A stretch of DNA of 64,000 bases from Candidatus Heimdallarchaeota archaeon (GTDB taxonomy: Archaea; Asgardarchaeota; Heimdallarchaeia; Heimdallarchaeales; Kariarchaeaceae). The notes under the pieces are model-generated. The model searched no databases, had not been told where the DNA came from, and saw nothing but the letters and a program-made list of their open reading frames with translations. This document shows, one piece after another, positions 29,218-38,971 of this stretch (within the stretch, counting starts at the first letter, position 1; every line of letters starts with the position of its first letter). The position numbers and the translations under genes are program-made. Where the stretch lies: contig WAKA01000095.1 in the NCBI GenBank assembly GCA_015523565.1, forward strand, positions 1 through 64,000. The letters run 5' to 3'.

Positions 29218-32200
29218 GTGATCAATATGAGTGGCAACGACTCCCAAAAAATAAAAATCGAAACTCCTGAAATCTATGATTATGAACCTGTTGCAATTGT
29301 CGGTATTGGTGCAATCATGCCCGACGCACTTAATGCCAAGGAATTTTGGGAGAATATCAAATCTGGTAAAAACAGTATCACTGAAGTGCCCAAAGAACGA
29401 TGGGATCCTGAATTGTTTTACGACCCTGACCCAAGTGTTCCAGACAAGACCTACACTAAAATCGGAGGTTTCATAAAAAATTTTGAGTTCAATGGAATTC
29501 AATTCCGTATTCCACCAAAAATTGCCAGTAAGCTTGACCCAATCCAACAAATGGCTTTGACTGCCGCAAAGGAGGCATTGGAAGACGCCAATTATGAATC
29601 CGATTCATTCAATAAAGAACGAACTGCCGTAATCTTAGGAAATTCTATGGGTGGCGAAATTGTTAGGCAATATACCAGAAGGGTCTATTTTCCTGAAATT
29701 GTCAGAACATTAAAACAAACAAAAGCCTTCAATACACTTGATCAGGATGCACAACAACAATTGTTAATTGAAGTTGAGAAAGAATATAAATCACATCTGG
29801 AAGAAATCACTGAAGATTCCATGCCTGGGGAGCTTGCCAATGTAATTGCCGGTCGTATTGCAAATGTTTTCAATCTTAGGGGAAAAAACATGACCACTGA
29901 TGCAGCATGTGCATCCTCTATGGCCGCCATTGACGAGGCCTTCAAAAGCCTTGTGGCACATGAAGTCGATGCAGTCGTCTGTGGTGGTGCTGACAGGTCA
30001 ATGGATGTCAGTACATATGTCAAATTTTGTAAAATTGGTGCACTGTCACCTGATGGATCATTTCCTTTCGATGCAAGGGCAAATGGCTTTGTCATGGGTG
30101 AAGGTGTGGGATTCTTTGTCCTGAAACGTCTTTCAGATGCAATTCGAGATGGCAACAAAATTTATGCATTAATCAGGGGCGTGGGTTCATCATCTGATGG
30201 AAAAGGAAAAGGGATTACTGCCCCAAATCCAATAGGACAGCAACTTGCAATAGAAAGGGCATATAAGCTTGCAGGTATCTCACCTGCTGAAGTGACATTA
30301 ATTGAGGCTCATGGGACATCCACAAAAGTTGGTGACGTTGTTGAAGTCGAAACGTTGCATAAGGTATTCAACAAATACAATCTACCCAAACAAAGCATTG
30401 CATTAGGTTCAATCAAAAGCCAAATCGGACACCTGAAAAGTGCGGCTGGTGCAGCTGCGATCATAAAGACTGCTTTGGCATTATATCACAAAATCTTGCC
30501 CCCCTCAATAAATTTCGAAACTCCCAATCCAAAAATTGATTGGAGCAATTCCCCCTTTTATGTCAACACACAAGCTAAAGAGTGGATTCATCCTTCAACA
30601 AAGCCACGTAAGGCAGGAGTGTCATCATTTGGTTTTGGAGGAACAAATTTCCACGTGGTAATGGAAGAATATGACCCAAATTTTGACTATTTTGCCCCCC
30701 TAAAGGAAAAGGAAAGGCATAAGGAAACAGAACCATTCGCCTTTCAAGAATTCATTGCCAAAAATAAACATCTCCAAGGAGAGGCATTTGCAATATCTGG
30801 CAAGGATGAAAGCGAATTAAAGGAAAATATTGAATTTTTCTTCAACAGCCTTCCCGAAAATACCTTCTTAGAAGACCCTGAAATGCCTTCCCTAACAGAA
30901 ATTCGAGATCAGGTCAAGTTCAAACCAAATGATGGCTATCGCGTCGCCTTTGCAGCTAATTCTTTGGAACAAATCCATGATAAAAAAGAAATAATCAACA
31001 AGGCAATCTTGACCCCTTCATTCCGAAAAGCGGCGCAGAAAAGAGGCATTTACTTCTCGCAAGATCTCCCAACAGGAAAAATTGCATTTGTCTTCCCTGG
31101 TCAAGGGTCTCAATATGTAAACATGCTAAAAGACCTTCGTGACAGGTATGAAATAGTTCAGAAAACATTTGAAGAAGCAGATACGGTATTGGAGGAATTT
31201 CTAGGAAGAAAACTTTCTGAAATTATTTTTGCTTCCAATCATCAAATAAAGGATAATGAGGAGTTGCTTAAGCAAACCCAATTCACCCAACCTGCAATGC
31301 TTACTGCCGATATTGCAATATTTAGATTGCTGAAAATGCATGGAATTGTCCCTGAAATGGTTGCAGGACACTCTCTCGGTGAATATGCCGCATTGGTCGC
31401 TGCAGGTGTACTTTCGTTCCCAGACGCCTTGAAGGCAGTTGCCATAAGGGGAAGGGCTATGGCTAATGTTGATTCAGAAGACAAGGGAACAATGGCGTCT
31501 GTCTCAGCTCCTTTTGAGAAGGTTCAGGAAGTGCTTAAGACAGTTGATGATTATGTAATTGCCGCTAACCTGAACAGTGTAAAAAGAATTGTCATTTCAG
31601 GGTCAACCCAAGGCGTCAAGAAAGCTATGGAAAAATTCAAGGAACTCGGCATTCAAACTGTTCCCTTATCTGTTTCTGCCGCTTTCCATACTGATATCGT
31701 TGCTCCAGCGGCAAAGGAACTTGCAGAGTTCCTAAAGACAATTGAATTCAAATCACCTCGCATTAAGGTTTCTTCGAATGTTCTTGGCGATTTTTACCCT
31801 GATGACCCTGATGAAATCAGGGCACTTCTTGAAAAACAAGTTGAATCCCCTGTTCATTGGATACAACAATGTGAAACCATGTATCAAGCTGGAGCAAGAA
31901 TTTTCTTTGAAGTGGGTCCAAAAAGGGCTCTTGCTACCTTTGTGCAAGAAAATCTTGAAGGGAAGGACATTGTCTCACAAATCACAAATCATCCAAAGAC
32001 AGGCGACATTTACCAATTCAATGATGCTATTGCATTGGCAAGAGCTTTGGGTATTCAGGTCTCATTTATTGATTTTGAATATCCGAAACCAAAAGTCAAG
32101 CCAAAGAAAGCTGATCCTCTTCCAAAAATAAAACAGCAAATTACTGCTAAAACAGAATATAATCCAAATGAATTGGCCAATTTTGTTAAAACACAACCTT

Positions 32201-35200
32201 CTCTTCAAAAAATCATTAATGATGAGCTGTTTGAACAGTTTCTTAAACATCAAGGTCAAGCCTTCAATAATTTTCTTTTGGAGGCATTTGAGGGATTCAA
32301 GAAAACAATCAAGGAATCAAATGCCATTGCAGAAAAAGTACAGAGGCTTGGATTAAATCTTGATGACATTGTCATTACAGGAACAGGTGTCGGACTTCCT
32401 GGAAAATTCAAGGAAATATTTGACGAACGTAATATTGAGCTGATATTGGATGGTTATAATTTCATTGACCCTGTAGGCGACCGAAAACTCAAACAACAAA
32501 CCGACAAGAATATCGTAAAACTTGTCAAAAGGGATAGGGGTCAACCTACACTTGAGAAAATCAATAATATTAGGGATGTCATAAAGCTTGCCGCCCAAGG
32601 AGGAAAATTTGACTTTGTCGAAGAATTCCAACTTGGTGAGAAAATTGTTGAAGCTTACGATAGAACCACAAAACTTGCCATCGCCGCTGGATTGGAGGCA
32701 TTAAAGGATGCAGGCATCCCATTGGTCAGAAGCTATACAAAAACAAGCACTGGAAGTTATCTCCCTAGCGATTGGGTATTGCCAGAAGATCTACGCGAAG
32801 ATACCGGTGTCATCTTTGCTTCCGCATTTCCAGGATATGACAGCTTAGTTCAGGAAATGACCAAGTTCTATGAAAGCAAATATGCAGGAGAGGCATTGGA
32901 TGTTCTAAGAAAAGTTTATGGCGAAATTGTCAGGAAATTGGGAAACAAGGATGAGTATAGGGAATTTGTCGAATTTCTGGAACAGAATCTCAACGAACTT
33001 GAAGAACATAAGTCGGTCTACCAGTTCAACAGAAAATTCCTTTTCAAGATCCTCTCGATGGGTCATTCTCAATTTGCACAACTTATCAAGGCGTATGGTC
33101 CCAACACACAGGTCAATGCCGCATGTGCATCCACAACACAAGCAGTTGGAATTGCCAATGATTGGATAAGATCTGGTAGATGCAAAAGAGTCATCCTCAT
33201 TGGTGCAGATGATGCTTCAGGTGAAAACCTATTTGAATGGATAGGTTCTGGATTCTTGGCTTCAGGTGCAGCAACAACAAAAGAAAAGGTATCTGAAGCA
33301 GCCTTGCCATTTGACCGAAGAAGACATGGAATGATCATTGGAATGGGGGCAGTTGGAATTGTAATTGAAACAGCAGAAGAAGCAAAACGACGAGGCATTA
33401 AACCCATCGTCAAAATACTTGGGACATATTATTCCAATTCTGCATACCATGGAACAAGACTCGATGTCAATCATATTTCATATGAATTGGAAAAATTCTT
33501 CAAAAAAATAAACGCGACCACTGGTCTGACTCCTGAACAGATTGCAAACTCTGCAATGTTCATGAGTCACGAGACATATACTCCTGCTAGAGGTGGGAGT
33601 GCCGCCGCTGAAATACAATCGCTCCGTCATGTCTTTGGTGAAAATGCTTCAAAGATCATCATTGCAAATACAAAAGGATTTACTGGTCATCCAATGGGCG
33701 CAGGTATTGAAGACGCAATAGCAATCAAGGCACTGCAATACGGGAAAATTCCTCCAATTGCCAATTTCAAAGAACCTGATGAGACATTGGGAAACCTTTC
33801 CCTTTCCAAAGGTGGAAAATACAATGTCAAATATGCAATCCGTTTGGCCGCAGGCTTTGGATCACAGCTTGCATTCGCCCTTTATGAAAAGGCTGCGGGA
33901 ATGGATAGGGAAACTCCTCAATATGAGCAATGGCTTAAATCAATTGGTGGCTCAAAGGCAGACCTAATTAAAGTTGGAAAGACATTAAGATTAAAAGACA
34001 ACGGACCACCAAAGAAATCAATCCAAAAGACCAAAATTGTCAAAAAAGTCAAATCCCCTACTCGACCCATTCCCGCAACAGTTGCAAAACAAAAATCAAC
34101 ACACGCAAATGACATCTTGGAATGGATCGCAAATGAAACTGGCTATCCAAAAGACCTTCTTGATGATTTTGTAAATCCTGTAAAGGATCTAGGAATAAAT
34201 GCTCAGAAGCTCGCTTCTGTTGTAGGACAAACAAATGTTGATAATCTGACAATTGCAGATCTCAAAAAACTTTCTTTCAAAGACACTTCACCCCAAAAAT
34301 CCACCCCTATATCCACGAAACCTGACTCTCCAAAAGATGTGAAAGTTCAAAAACGAACAATGACATCTCAAGATGGTGTTATCAAAGAAATTGTGAAAAT
34401 TGTCGCTGAAAAGACGGGCTATCCTGAAGAAATGCTTGATCCCAATCTTGATATGGAGGCGGATTTGGGTATAGATACCGTTAAACAGGCTGAACTCTTC
34501 GGTTTGATACGGGAACATTACAATATTCCTTTGATTGAAGACCTTGATCTTTCTGAATATAACACCCTTGCAAAAATTGCGGATTTTGTCAATGAGCATT
34601 CGTCATTTGAATCTAAAGCTACTGTTTCATCATCTTCCTCTTCCGCAAACATTGGCATTTCACAAGATCAAGATGAAATCATTAAGACAATTACGTCTTT
34701 GATTGCCGAACAAACTGGTTATCCCAACGAAATGCTTGAACCCGACTTGGACATGGAAGCAGATCTGGGAATTGATACTGTCAAACAAGCAGAGTTGATT
34801 GGGATGATCCGAGATTATTACAACATCCCATTGATTGAAGACCTCGACATATCTGAATACAATACAATCCGTAGGATTGCTAACTTTGTCATGGAATATG
34901 CACCCGCCTCCGACAAAAAACAGGTGGTAGTACATAAAGAGGCAAGAGATCAAGATAGGATTCTGAAAACTATCACATCAATTATTGCAGAAAAAACTGG
35001 TTATCCTGAAGAGATGCTTGAACCTGACTTGGATATGGAGGCAGACTTGGGAATTGACACCGTGAAACAGGCAGAACTAATCGGTGTCATCAGGGAACAC
35101 TACAATATCCCATTGATTGAAGACCTTGATATATCTGAATACAATACGATCCGAAAAATTAGTAAATTTGTCATTGAAAACACAAAACCTACAACAGAAA

Positions 35201-38200
35201 TAGAAAGAAAAGAAATTGAAGATGATAAAACTCCAATACTGCAAACGATTACAAAAATAATTGCAGAAAAAACTGGTTATCCTGAAGAGATGCTTGAACC
35301 TGACTTGGACATGGAAGCAGACTTGGGAATTGACACGGTGAAACAGGCAGAACTGATCGGTGTCATTAGAGAGCATTACAACATCCCATTGATTGAAGAC
35401 CTTGACATATCTGAATACAATACCATTTCCAGAGTGGCGGATTTCGTCATGCAATATAAGCCACAAGAATCTAAGCCGCAAGAATCATCTCAAAAAGAAA
35501 AATCCAAGGAAAGGCAACAAGAAACCCAAAAGGAAAACGAAAAATCCAATGGTGAAATGCTGATCATCCAAAAACTGAAAGAAAAAGTTTCTGAACTGAC
35601 TGGTTTCCCTGCAGAATTGGTTGAGGAAAATATCGACTTGGAAAAAGAAATGGGTATTGACAATGCACAAATATTACAGTTGACAAAATCCCTCCTCGAT
35701 GATTTAAATCTACCAGACATGAAAGTCACTGCAACAAGCATCAAGGAAATAGCACAAGAAATTTCAAAACTTTCGCCCTCTTCCCAAAAAACTTATCGGT
35801 ACGTAATTGAGATGCAGGAATCACCTAGAACCCTTGATCCAAAGAACATTGATTTCATTGTCCTTACTGAAGAGAAATTGGAAAATGTCAAAACAGTGGA
35901 TCTCGATGGTCTAGAACAAACTGAATGCAATCACCTATTGATATTGAATCCCAAACCTGATTTCAATATCTCCAAACTTTTTGAAATTCTGAAAGGGAAA
36001 ATTGATGCACTAAAATCATTTGGCGTTGCAGAAACAATTTCAAGACCAAAATCCATAAACGATATCTCTCCAATTACAGGGGCAATTGGTGGCATGGCAA
36101 AAACCCTGATGCATGAGTTCAATATCAATGCAAAAATAATTGCCGCAAATGATCTCCGTGTCATATTGAATGAATTTACTGATCAAAATCCCGATATTGA
36201 AGTCGTTTTTGATGGATCAAAACGCCTAGTGCCTGCATTGAAAGAAATGGATCTCCCTGTTCCCACTGACATCTCCCTTCCTAAAGGAAGCAATTTTATA
36301 GTCTCTGGAGGCGCTCAAGGAATTACCTTTGAATGTATCATGCCAATTGTAAAATCATCAGAAAACGTTCGGGTGATCCTTATTGGTCGAACTGAAATTA
36401 AGGAAAATGCATCGGAAATTGCACAAATGTCTGATGAACAACTCAAAGAAAAGAAAAATGAACTTCTTGCACAATTAAAGGAAAAACATGAAAAAGTGAC
36501 TCCAGTAATGCTGAACAAAGAATGGTCAAAAATCATAAAATCTGCCATTGTCTACCAGAATATTGAGAAATTGAAATCAATGGGTGCAGAAGTTGTATAT
36601 ATTCAATCAGACATTACTGCTCCCTCTCTCCCCGATAAAATTAAATCCAACATTATTCCTGACAAACCTGTTTTCATTGTCCATGGTGCTGGTGTAGAAA
36701 TATCAAAAGCAACAAAATCCAAACTCACCTCTGAATTTGAATTGGTTTACAACATAAAGGTTGTAGGCATTGAAAACCTCTTGAAATCAGTTAAACAAGA
36801 GAATGTCAAAAGAATCATTTCATTCACTTCTGTTGCTGGTCGTTTTGGAAATGCGACACAAATTGACTATTCTGCCGCAAATGAATATCTTGCAAAACGA
36901 ATGGCAATGCTAAAACGCCAAGGGGTCTCTGCAACCTCTATTGATTGGTCTGCATGGGCAGAGATTGGAATGGCAACAAAAGACACGACAATGAAGGTAT
37001 TACAGGCTGCGGGTGTAACCCCGATTCCTCTGAAAGACGGTGTTGCCCGTTTCCTTTCTGAATTCTTCAATTCCACCGAAGACGAAGTCGTAATAAGCGG
37101 CAAACTGGGAATGTTGGCAAAAGGCACTAAATTCGTAAAAAATGACAAAATACCTCTTCCAGCAACAGAAAACAAGAAAAAACTATCGTCCCAGAAGCAA
37201 AGAAAAGAAGAAGGTGCAAGGAAACAGGAAGCACAAGCTAAATCTGAATCAACCCAAAAGATGGTGACGATAAAAGAACCTCAAACTGAAAAAACAAAAG
37301 AAATAGCGAAAACAAGAGCACCTAACCAAATCAAATCACAATTACATAAGGAACAACCTGTCACAAAAAAAGAACAGAAGACATTCCCCATTCTTAATCC
37401 TGAATTTCCTATGATGCATGGAACAATAACAATCAACAAAATTATTGCGGGTAAAAAAGTGTTGAACTTAGAACAGGATTTGTATCTTGATGACCATCGT
37501 ATTGACGGAAAAGCTGTTCTCCCCGGTGTTATGGGTCTTGAGTTTTTCACTGAGTTTGTAAACTATCATGGTGGCAAGGTAACAGGGATGAGATCTGTTG
37601 TTTTTTCATCCCCTGTCAAACTTCCAAAAGACAAGCCCCTTGAAATTTTTGTCATTCCAGAAAAAGTTACTGGTTTGAATTCAATCAAACTTACTCTCAA
37701 ATCTAAATTCATTGGTCCAGATGGCAAACAACTAGGGGATCTCCGACCCCATTTTGTTGCAGAAATTATTGAAGGAGAATTAGCTCCTGGTTATCCCTTC
37801 CTTCCCGCAACACAATCAAAATGGTTCATTAAGGAGAACTTGGTGATTCCTAAGGAAAAGATCTATGAAGTCTTTTTCCATGGACCTTCATTCCAAGTCC
37901 TTGACGGAATCATAAATTTGGGTGCCAACAGTATTTCTGCCGTATACAATGAACCTAATGAACCCCTGTTCCCTGACAAGAATGCATCTGTGCACCTTGC
38001 ACCTAGACTTATTGAGGCATGTTTCCAAACAGCAGGCATGTATGATTTACTCATCAATAAAACCATGTCCCTTCCAAATGGCATTACAAAAATTCAACTC
38101 TACCAAGGATTTGAGAATGCAAAATATATCCATGCCACCCAAACAAGATCAAAGAACAATATTTCCCATTATAACGTCTTTGCATTGGACAAAGACCTAA

Positions 38201-38949
38201 ACGTTGTTCTTGAACTGATTAACTATGAAATGATCCACACTGGCACAACAGAAATACCTTTCAATACACCTGAAACCGTTGATGAACCTGTTGTTGCAGA
38301 ATTGATGCATCACGTGGGTCAAATCACTCCGTTGGCAGTTTCAATCTCAACAGAAGCAATGGAACACATCAATGAAGAATTCCTCGACGCATATTTACTA
38401 CCCTCTGAAAAAGTAATCTATGCTCGATTCAAAGTGCCAAAAAGGAAAATGGAGTGGCTCGCTGGAACTATCGCCGCAAAAAAGGCAATTTCTCTAACAT
38501 TCAATGTCCCTGAAACTGAAGTGGAAATAATTAAAAACAAAAACGGGAAACCTGGTGGAATCTTTGAAGGAATTGAATATCCTGTCACCAAAACCCATTC
38601 AAATGGTGTTGCCATTGCATTGTCACACCCTGATGGTGGTGTAGGCATTGATATTGAAAAAATAGAGCCAAGAGATCCTTCATTAATTAAAACCGCCTTC
38701 ACCAATGACGAAATCAAGCGGTTCCAGATTAAGCCTGATAAACATAAGCTCATCACCCAACTCTGGTCTATAAAAGAAGCAAGCCTAAAGGCAATAGGAA
38801 CTGGTTTGAAAACATCACTGAAAGACACAATCATCAAAAAATCGAGCAAAAGCAAAAGATATACCGTCCAAATCAAAAAGAAATTGTTGTCAATAACATC
38901 TGTCACAACTGATGATTGGGTTGTCACTTTGGCTATACTGAATCAATGA
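29218..38949 (+). CDS. Type I polyketide/fatty-acid synthase, PfaA-like: KS-AT-KS-(ACP)4+2 degenerate-KR-DH-PPTase
   Basis: KS1 DAACASS/EAHGTST/GHLKSAAG; AT FPGQGSQ/GHSLG/AAFH; KS2 NAACAST/SHETYT/GHPMG; ACPs DLGIDTVKQAE x4; KR SGGAQGIT/DYSAAN; DH DHRIDGKAVLPG; PPTase GVGIDIE/WSIKEA. The start may be ATG at 29227. Confidence 0.95.
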   Translation: MINMSGNDSQKIKIETPEIYDYEPVAIVGIGAIMPDALNAKEFWENIKSGKNSITEVPKERWDPELFYDPDPSVPDKTYTKIGGFIKNFEFNGIQFRIPPKIASKLDPIQQMALTAAKEALEDANYESDSFNKERTAVILGNSMGGEIVRQYTRRVYFPEIVRTLKQTKAFNTLDQDAQQQLLIEVEKEYKSHLEEITEDSMPGELANVIAGRIANVFNLRGKNMTTDAACASSMAAIDEAFKSLVAHEVDAVVCGGADRSMDVSTYVKFCKIGALSPDGSFPFDARANGFVMGEGVGFFVLKRLSDAIRDGNKIYALIRGVGSSSDGKGKGITAPNPIGQQLAIERAYKLAGISPAEVTLIEAHGTSTKVGDVVEVETLHKVFNKYNLPKQSIALGSIKSQIGHLKSAAGAAAIIKTALALYHKILPPSINFETPNPKIDWSNSPFYVNTQAKEWIHPSTKPRKAGVSSFGFGGTNFHVVMEEYDPNFDYFAPLKEKERHKETEPFAFQEFIAKNKHLQGEAFAISGKDESELKENIEFFFNSLPENTFLEDPEMPSLTEIRDQVKFKPNDGYRVAFAANSLEQIHDKKEIINKAILTPSFRKAAQKRGIYFSQDLPTGKIAFVFPGQGSQYVNMLKDLRDRYEIVQKTFEEADTVLEEFLGRKLSEIIFASNHQIKDNEELLKQTQFTQPAMLTADIAIFRLLKMHGIVPEMVAGHSLGEYAALVAAGVLSFPDALKAVAIRGRAMANVDSEDKGTMASVSAPFEKVQEVLKTVDDYVIAANLNSVKRIVISGSTQGVKKAMEKFKELGIQTVPLSVSAAFHTDIVAPAAKELAEFLKTIEFKSPRIKVSSNVLGDFYPDDPDEIRALLEKQVESPVHWIQQCETMYQAGARIFFEVGPKRALATFVQENLEGKDIVSQITNHPKTGDIYQFNDAIALARALGIQVSFIDFEYPKPKVKPKKADPLPKIKQQITAKTEYNPNELANFVKTQPSLQKIINDELFEQFLKHQGQAFNNFLLEAFEGFKKTIKESNAIAEKVQRLGLNLDDIVITGTGVGLPGKFKEIFDERNIELILDGYNFIDPVGDRKLKQQTDKNIVKLVKRDRGQPTLEKINNIRDVIKLAAQGGKFDFVEEFQLGEKIVEAYDRTTKLAIAAGLEALKDAGIPLVRSYTKTSTGSYLPSDWVLPEDLREDTGVIFASAFPGYDSLVQEMTKFYESKYAGEALDVLRKVYGEIVRKLGNKDEYREFVEFLEQNLNELEEHKSVYQFNRKFLFKILSMGHSQFAQLIKAYGPNTQVNAACASTTQAVGIANDWIRSGRCKRVILIGADDASGENLFEWIGSGFLASGAATTKEKVSEAALPFDRRRHGMIIGMGAVGIVIETAEEAKRRGIKPIVKILGTYYSNSAYHGTRLDVNHISYELEKFFKKINATTGLTPEQIANSAMFMSHETYTPARGGSAAAEIQSLRHVFGENASKIIIANTKGFTGHPMGAGIEDAIAIKALQYGKIPPIANFKEPDETLGNLSLSKGGKYNVKYAIRLAAGFGSQLAFALYEKAAGMDRETPQYEQWLKSIGGSKADLIKVGKTLRLKDNGPPKKSIQKTKIVKKVKSPTRPIPATVAKQKSTHANDILEWIANETGYPKDLLDDFVNPVKDLGINAQKLASVVGQTNVDNLTIADLKKLSFKDTSPQKSTPISTKPDSPKDVKVQKRTMTSQDGVIKEIVKIVAEKTGYPEEMLDPNLDMEADLGIDTVKQAELFGLIREHYNIPLIEDLDLSEYNTLAKIADFVNEHSSFESKATVSSSSSSANIGISQDQDEIIKTITSLIAEQTGYPNEMLEPDLDMEADLGIDTVKQAELIGMIRDYYNIPLIEDLDISEYNTIRRIANFVMEYAPASDKKQVVVHKEARDQDRILKTITSIIAEKTGYPEEMLEPDLDMEADLGIDTVKQAELIGVIREHYNIPLIEDLDISEYNTIRKISKFVIENTKPTTEIERKEIEDDKTPILQTITKIIAEKTGYPEEMLEPDLDMEADLGIDTVKQAELIGVIREHYNIPLIEDLDISEYNTISRVADFVMQYKPQESKPQESSQKEKSKERQQETQKENEKSNGEMLIIQKLKEKVSELTGFPAELVEENIDLEKEMGIDNAQILQLTKSLLDDLNLPDMKVTATSIKEIAQEISKLSPSSQKTYRYVIEMQESPRTLDPKNIDFIVLTEEKLENVKTVDLDGLEQTECNHLLILNPKPDFNISKLFEILKGKIDALKSFGVAETISRPKSINDISPITGAIGGMAKTLMHEFNINAKIIAANDLRVILNEFTDQNPDIEVVFDGSKRLVPALKEMDLPVPTDISLPKGSNFIVSGGAQGITFECIMPIVKSSENVRVILIGRTEIKENASEIAQMSDEQLKEKKNELLAQLKEKHEKVTPVMLNKEWSKIIKSAIVYQNIEKLKSMGAEVVYIQSDITAPSLPDKIKSNIIPDKPVFIVHGAGVEISKATKSKLTSEFELVYNIKVVGIENLLKSVKQENVKRIISFTSVAGRFGNATQIDYSAANEYLAKRMAMLKRQGVSATSIDWSAWAEIGMATKDTTMKVLQAAGVTPIPLKDGVARFLSEFFNSTEDEVVISGKLGMLAKGTKFVKNDKIPLPATENKKKLSSQKQRKEEGARKQEAQAKSESTQKMVTIKEPQTEKTKEIAKTRAPNQIKSQLHKEQPVTKKEQKTFPILNPEFPMMHGTITINKIIAGKKVLNLEQDLYLDDHRIDGKAVLPGVMGLEFFTEFVNYHGGKVTGMRSVVFSSPVKLPKDKPLEIFVIPEKVTGLNSIKLTLKSKFIGPDGKQLGDLRPHFVAEIIEGELAPGYPFLPATQSKWFIKENLVIPKEKIYEVFFHGPSFQVLDGIINLGANSISAVYNEPNEPLFPDKNASVHLAPRLIEACFQTAGMYDLLINKTMSLPNGITKIQLYQGFENAKYIHATQTRSKNNISHYNVFALDKDLNVVLELINYEMIHTGTTEIPFNTPETVDEPVVAELMHHVGQITPLAVSISTEAMEHINEEFLDAYLLPSEKVIYARFKVPKRKMEWLAGTIAAKKAISLTFNVPETEVEIIKNKNGKPGGIFEGIEYPVTKTHSNGVAIALSHPDGGVGIDIEKIEPRDPSLIKTAFTNDEIKRFQIKPDKHKLITQLWSIKEASLKAIGTGLKTSLKDTIIKKSSKSKRYTVQIKKKLLSITSVTTDDWVVTLAILNQ
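34378..35460 (+). repeat. Four tandem ACP-domain repeats within the PKS (~280-300 nt period)
   Basis: Near-identical units AEKTGYPEEMLEPDLDMEADLGIDTVKQAELIG.IREHYNIPLIEDLDISEYNTI; degenerate copies at ~34110 and ~35560. Confidence 0.93.
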
Positions 38950-38971
38950 CAAGTTAACGAAGAAAATATTA

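Noticed and set aside
34378-35460. Long direct DNA repeats as a possible CRISPR array or assembly artefact
   Set aside because: The repeats are in-frame ACP domains with synonymous differences and distinct linkers; there is no repeat-spacer structure and no cas gene.
29218-38949. Calling the synthase a canonical PUFA synthase (pfaA)
   Set aside because: No pfaB/C/D is present, the ER is FabI-type, and the protein has an extra KS, a fused PPTase and Thr-ACPs, so no gene symbol was assigned.
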